Below, in pieces: positions 63,858 through 64,000 of a DNA stretch of 64,000 bases. The notes beneath the pieces are model-generated. The model was not told the origin of the DNA. It made no database searches and saw nothing but the letters and a program-made list of their open reading frames with translations. The stretch lies in NCBI GenBank assembly GCA_026399435.1, contig JAPLQX010000012.1, forward strand, positions 13,499 through 77,498. Direction: 5' to 3'. A program made the position numbers and the translations under genes. Every line of letters begins with the position of its first letter. Position 1 is the first letter of the stretch. The DNA comes from Rhodocyclales bacterium. Lineage in GTDB: Bacteria; Pseudomonadota; Gammaproteobacteria; Burkholderiales; Rhodocyclaceae.

Positions 63858-63994
63858 CTCCTCCCCCTTCAAGGGGGAGGAGTGGAGGGGGATGGGGTAT
63901 CGAGAGCGGATTGGGCGATCCGTGCAACCCCATCCCCTCCCCAACCCTCCAATCGCAAACGTCGCATGCGACCTTCCCCTTGAAGGGGAGGGAG
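63858..63994. repeat. Inverted doublet of CCCC-TT(C/G)AA-GGGG palindromes
   Basis: ctcctcccccttcaagggggaggagtggagggggatggggt and its inverted partner accccatcccctcccc...ttccccttgaaggggagggag. Confidence 0.85.
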
Positions 63995-64000
63995 AACGGA

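Overview
High-GC betaproteobacterial chromosome segment; the gene content and order suggest Rhodocyclales (inference). Left to right: end of a PIN-toxin gene; hlyB-hlyD type I secretion genes split by an antisense GIY-YIG nuclease bracketed by inverted CGTC-type palindromes; slyD, bcp, zapE; a TCA cluster (sdhR, sdhCDAB, sdhE, gltA, sucAB, lpdA, divergent mdh-citE-like-acnB); a PAS-GGDEF cyclase with a NarL-type two-component system; a repair-like block (amrS, pcm, Ub-Mut7-C RNase, Mth938-like, rtcB, archease, polX, ybhB/ybcL, DUF2934); ompR-envZ-truncated globin; thpR, ispF, mgtA, a cytochrome c, ispD; a second AmmeMemoRadiSam locus; kdpDE-kup; pfkA; an AT-rich methyltransferase islet; and a group 2b H2-sensing hydrogenase (hoxA-hoxB-hoxC). 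No rRNA, tRNA or CRISPR array was seen. Main observations: (1) the GIY-YIG cassette has a matching nuclease-free palindrome doublet 5.5 kb away, like an autonomous/non-autonomous pair. (2) Six intra-operon palindromic insertions each carry a short ORF that starts at the upstream stop codon and ends at the downstream start codon, apparently preserving translational coupling. (3) An identical tandem TAC-N10-GTA operator links the NarL-type system to the cyclase unit and to the RtcB/PolX block. All product names come from motif recognition by eye; no database search was run.
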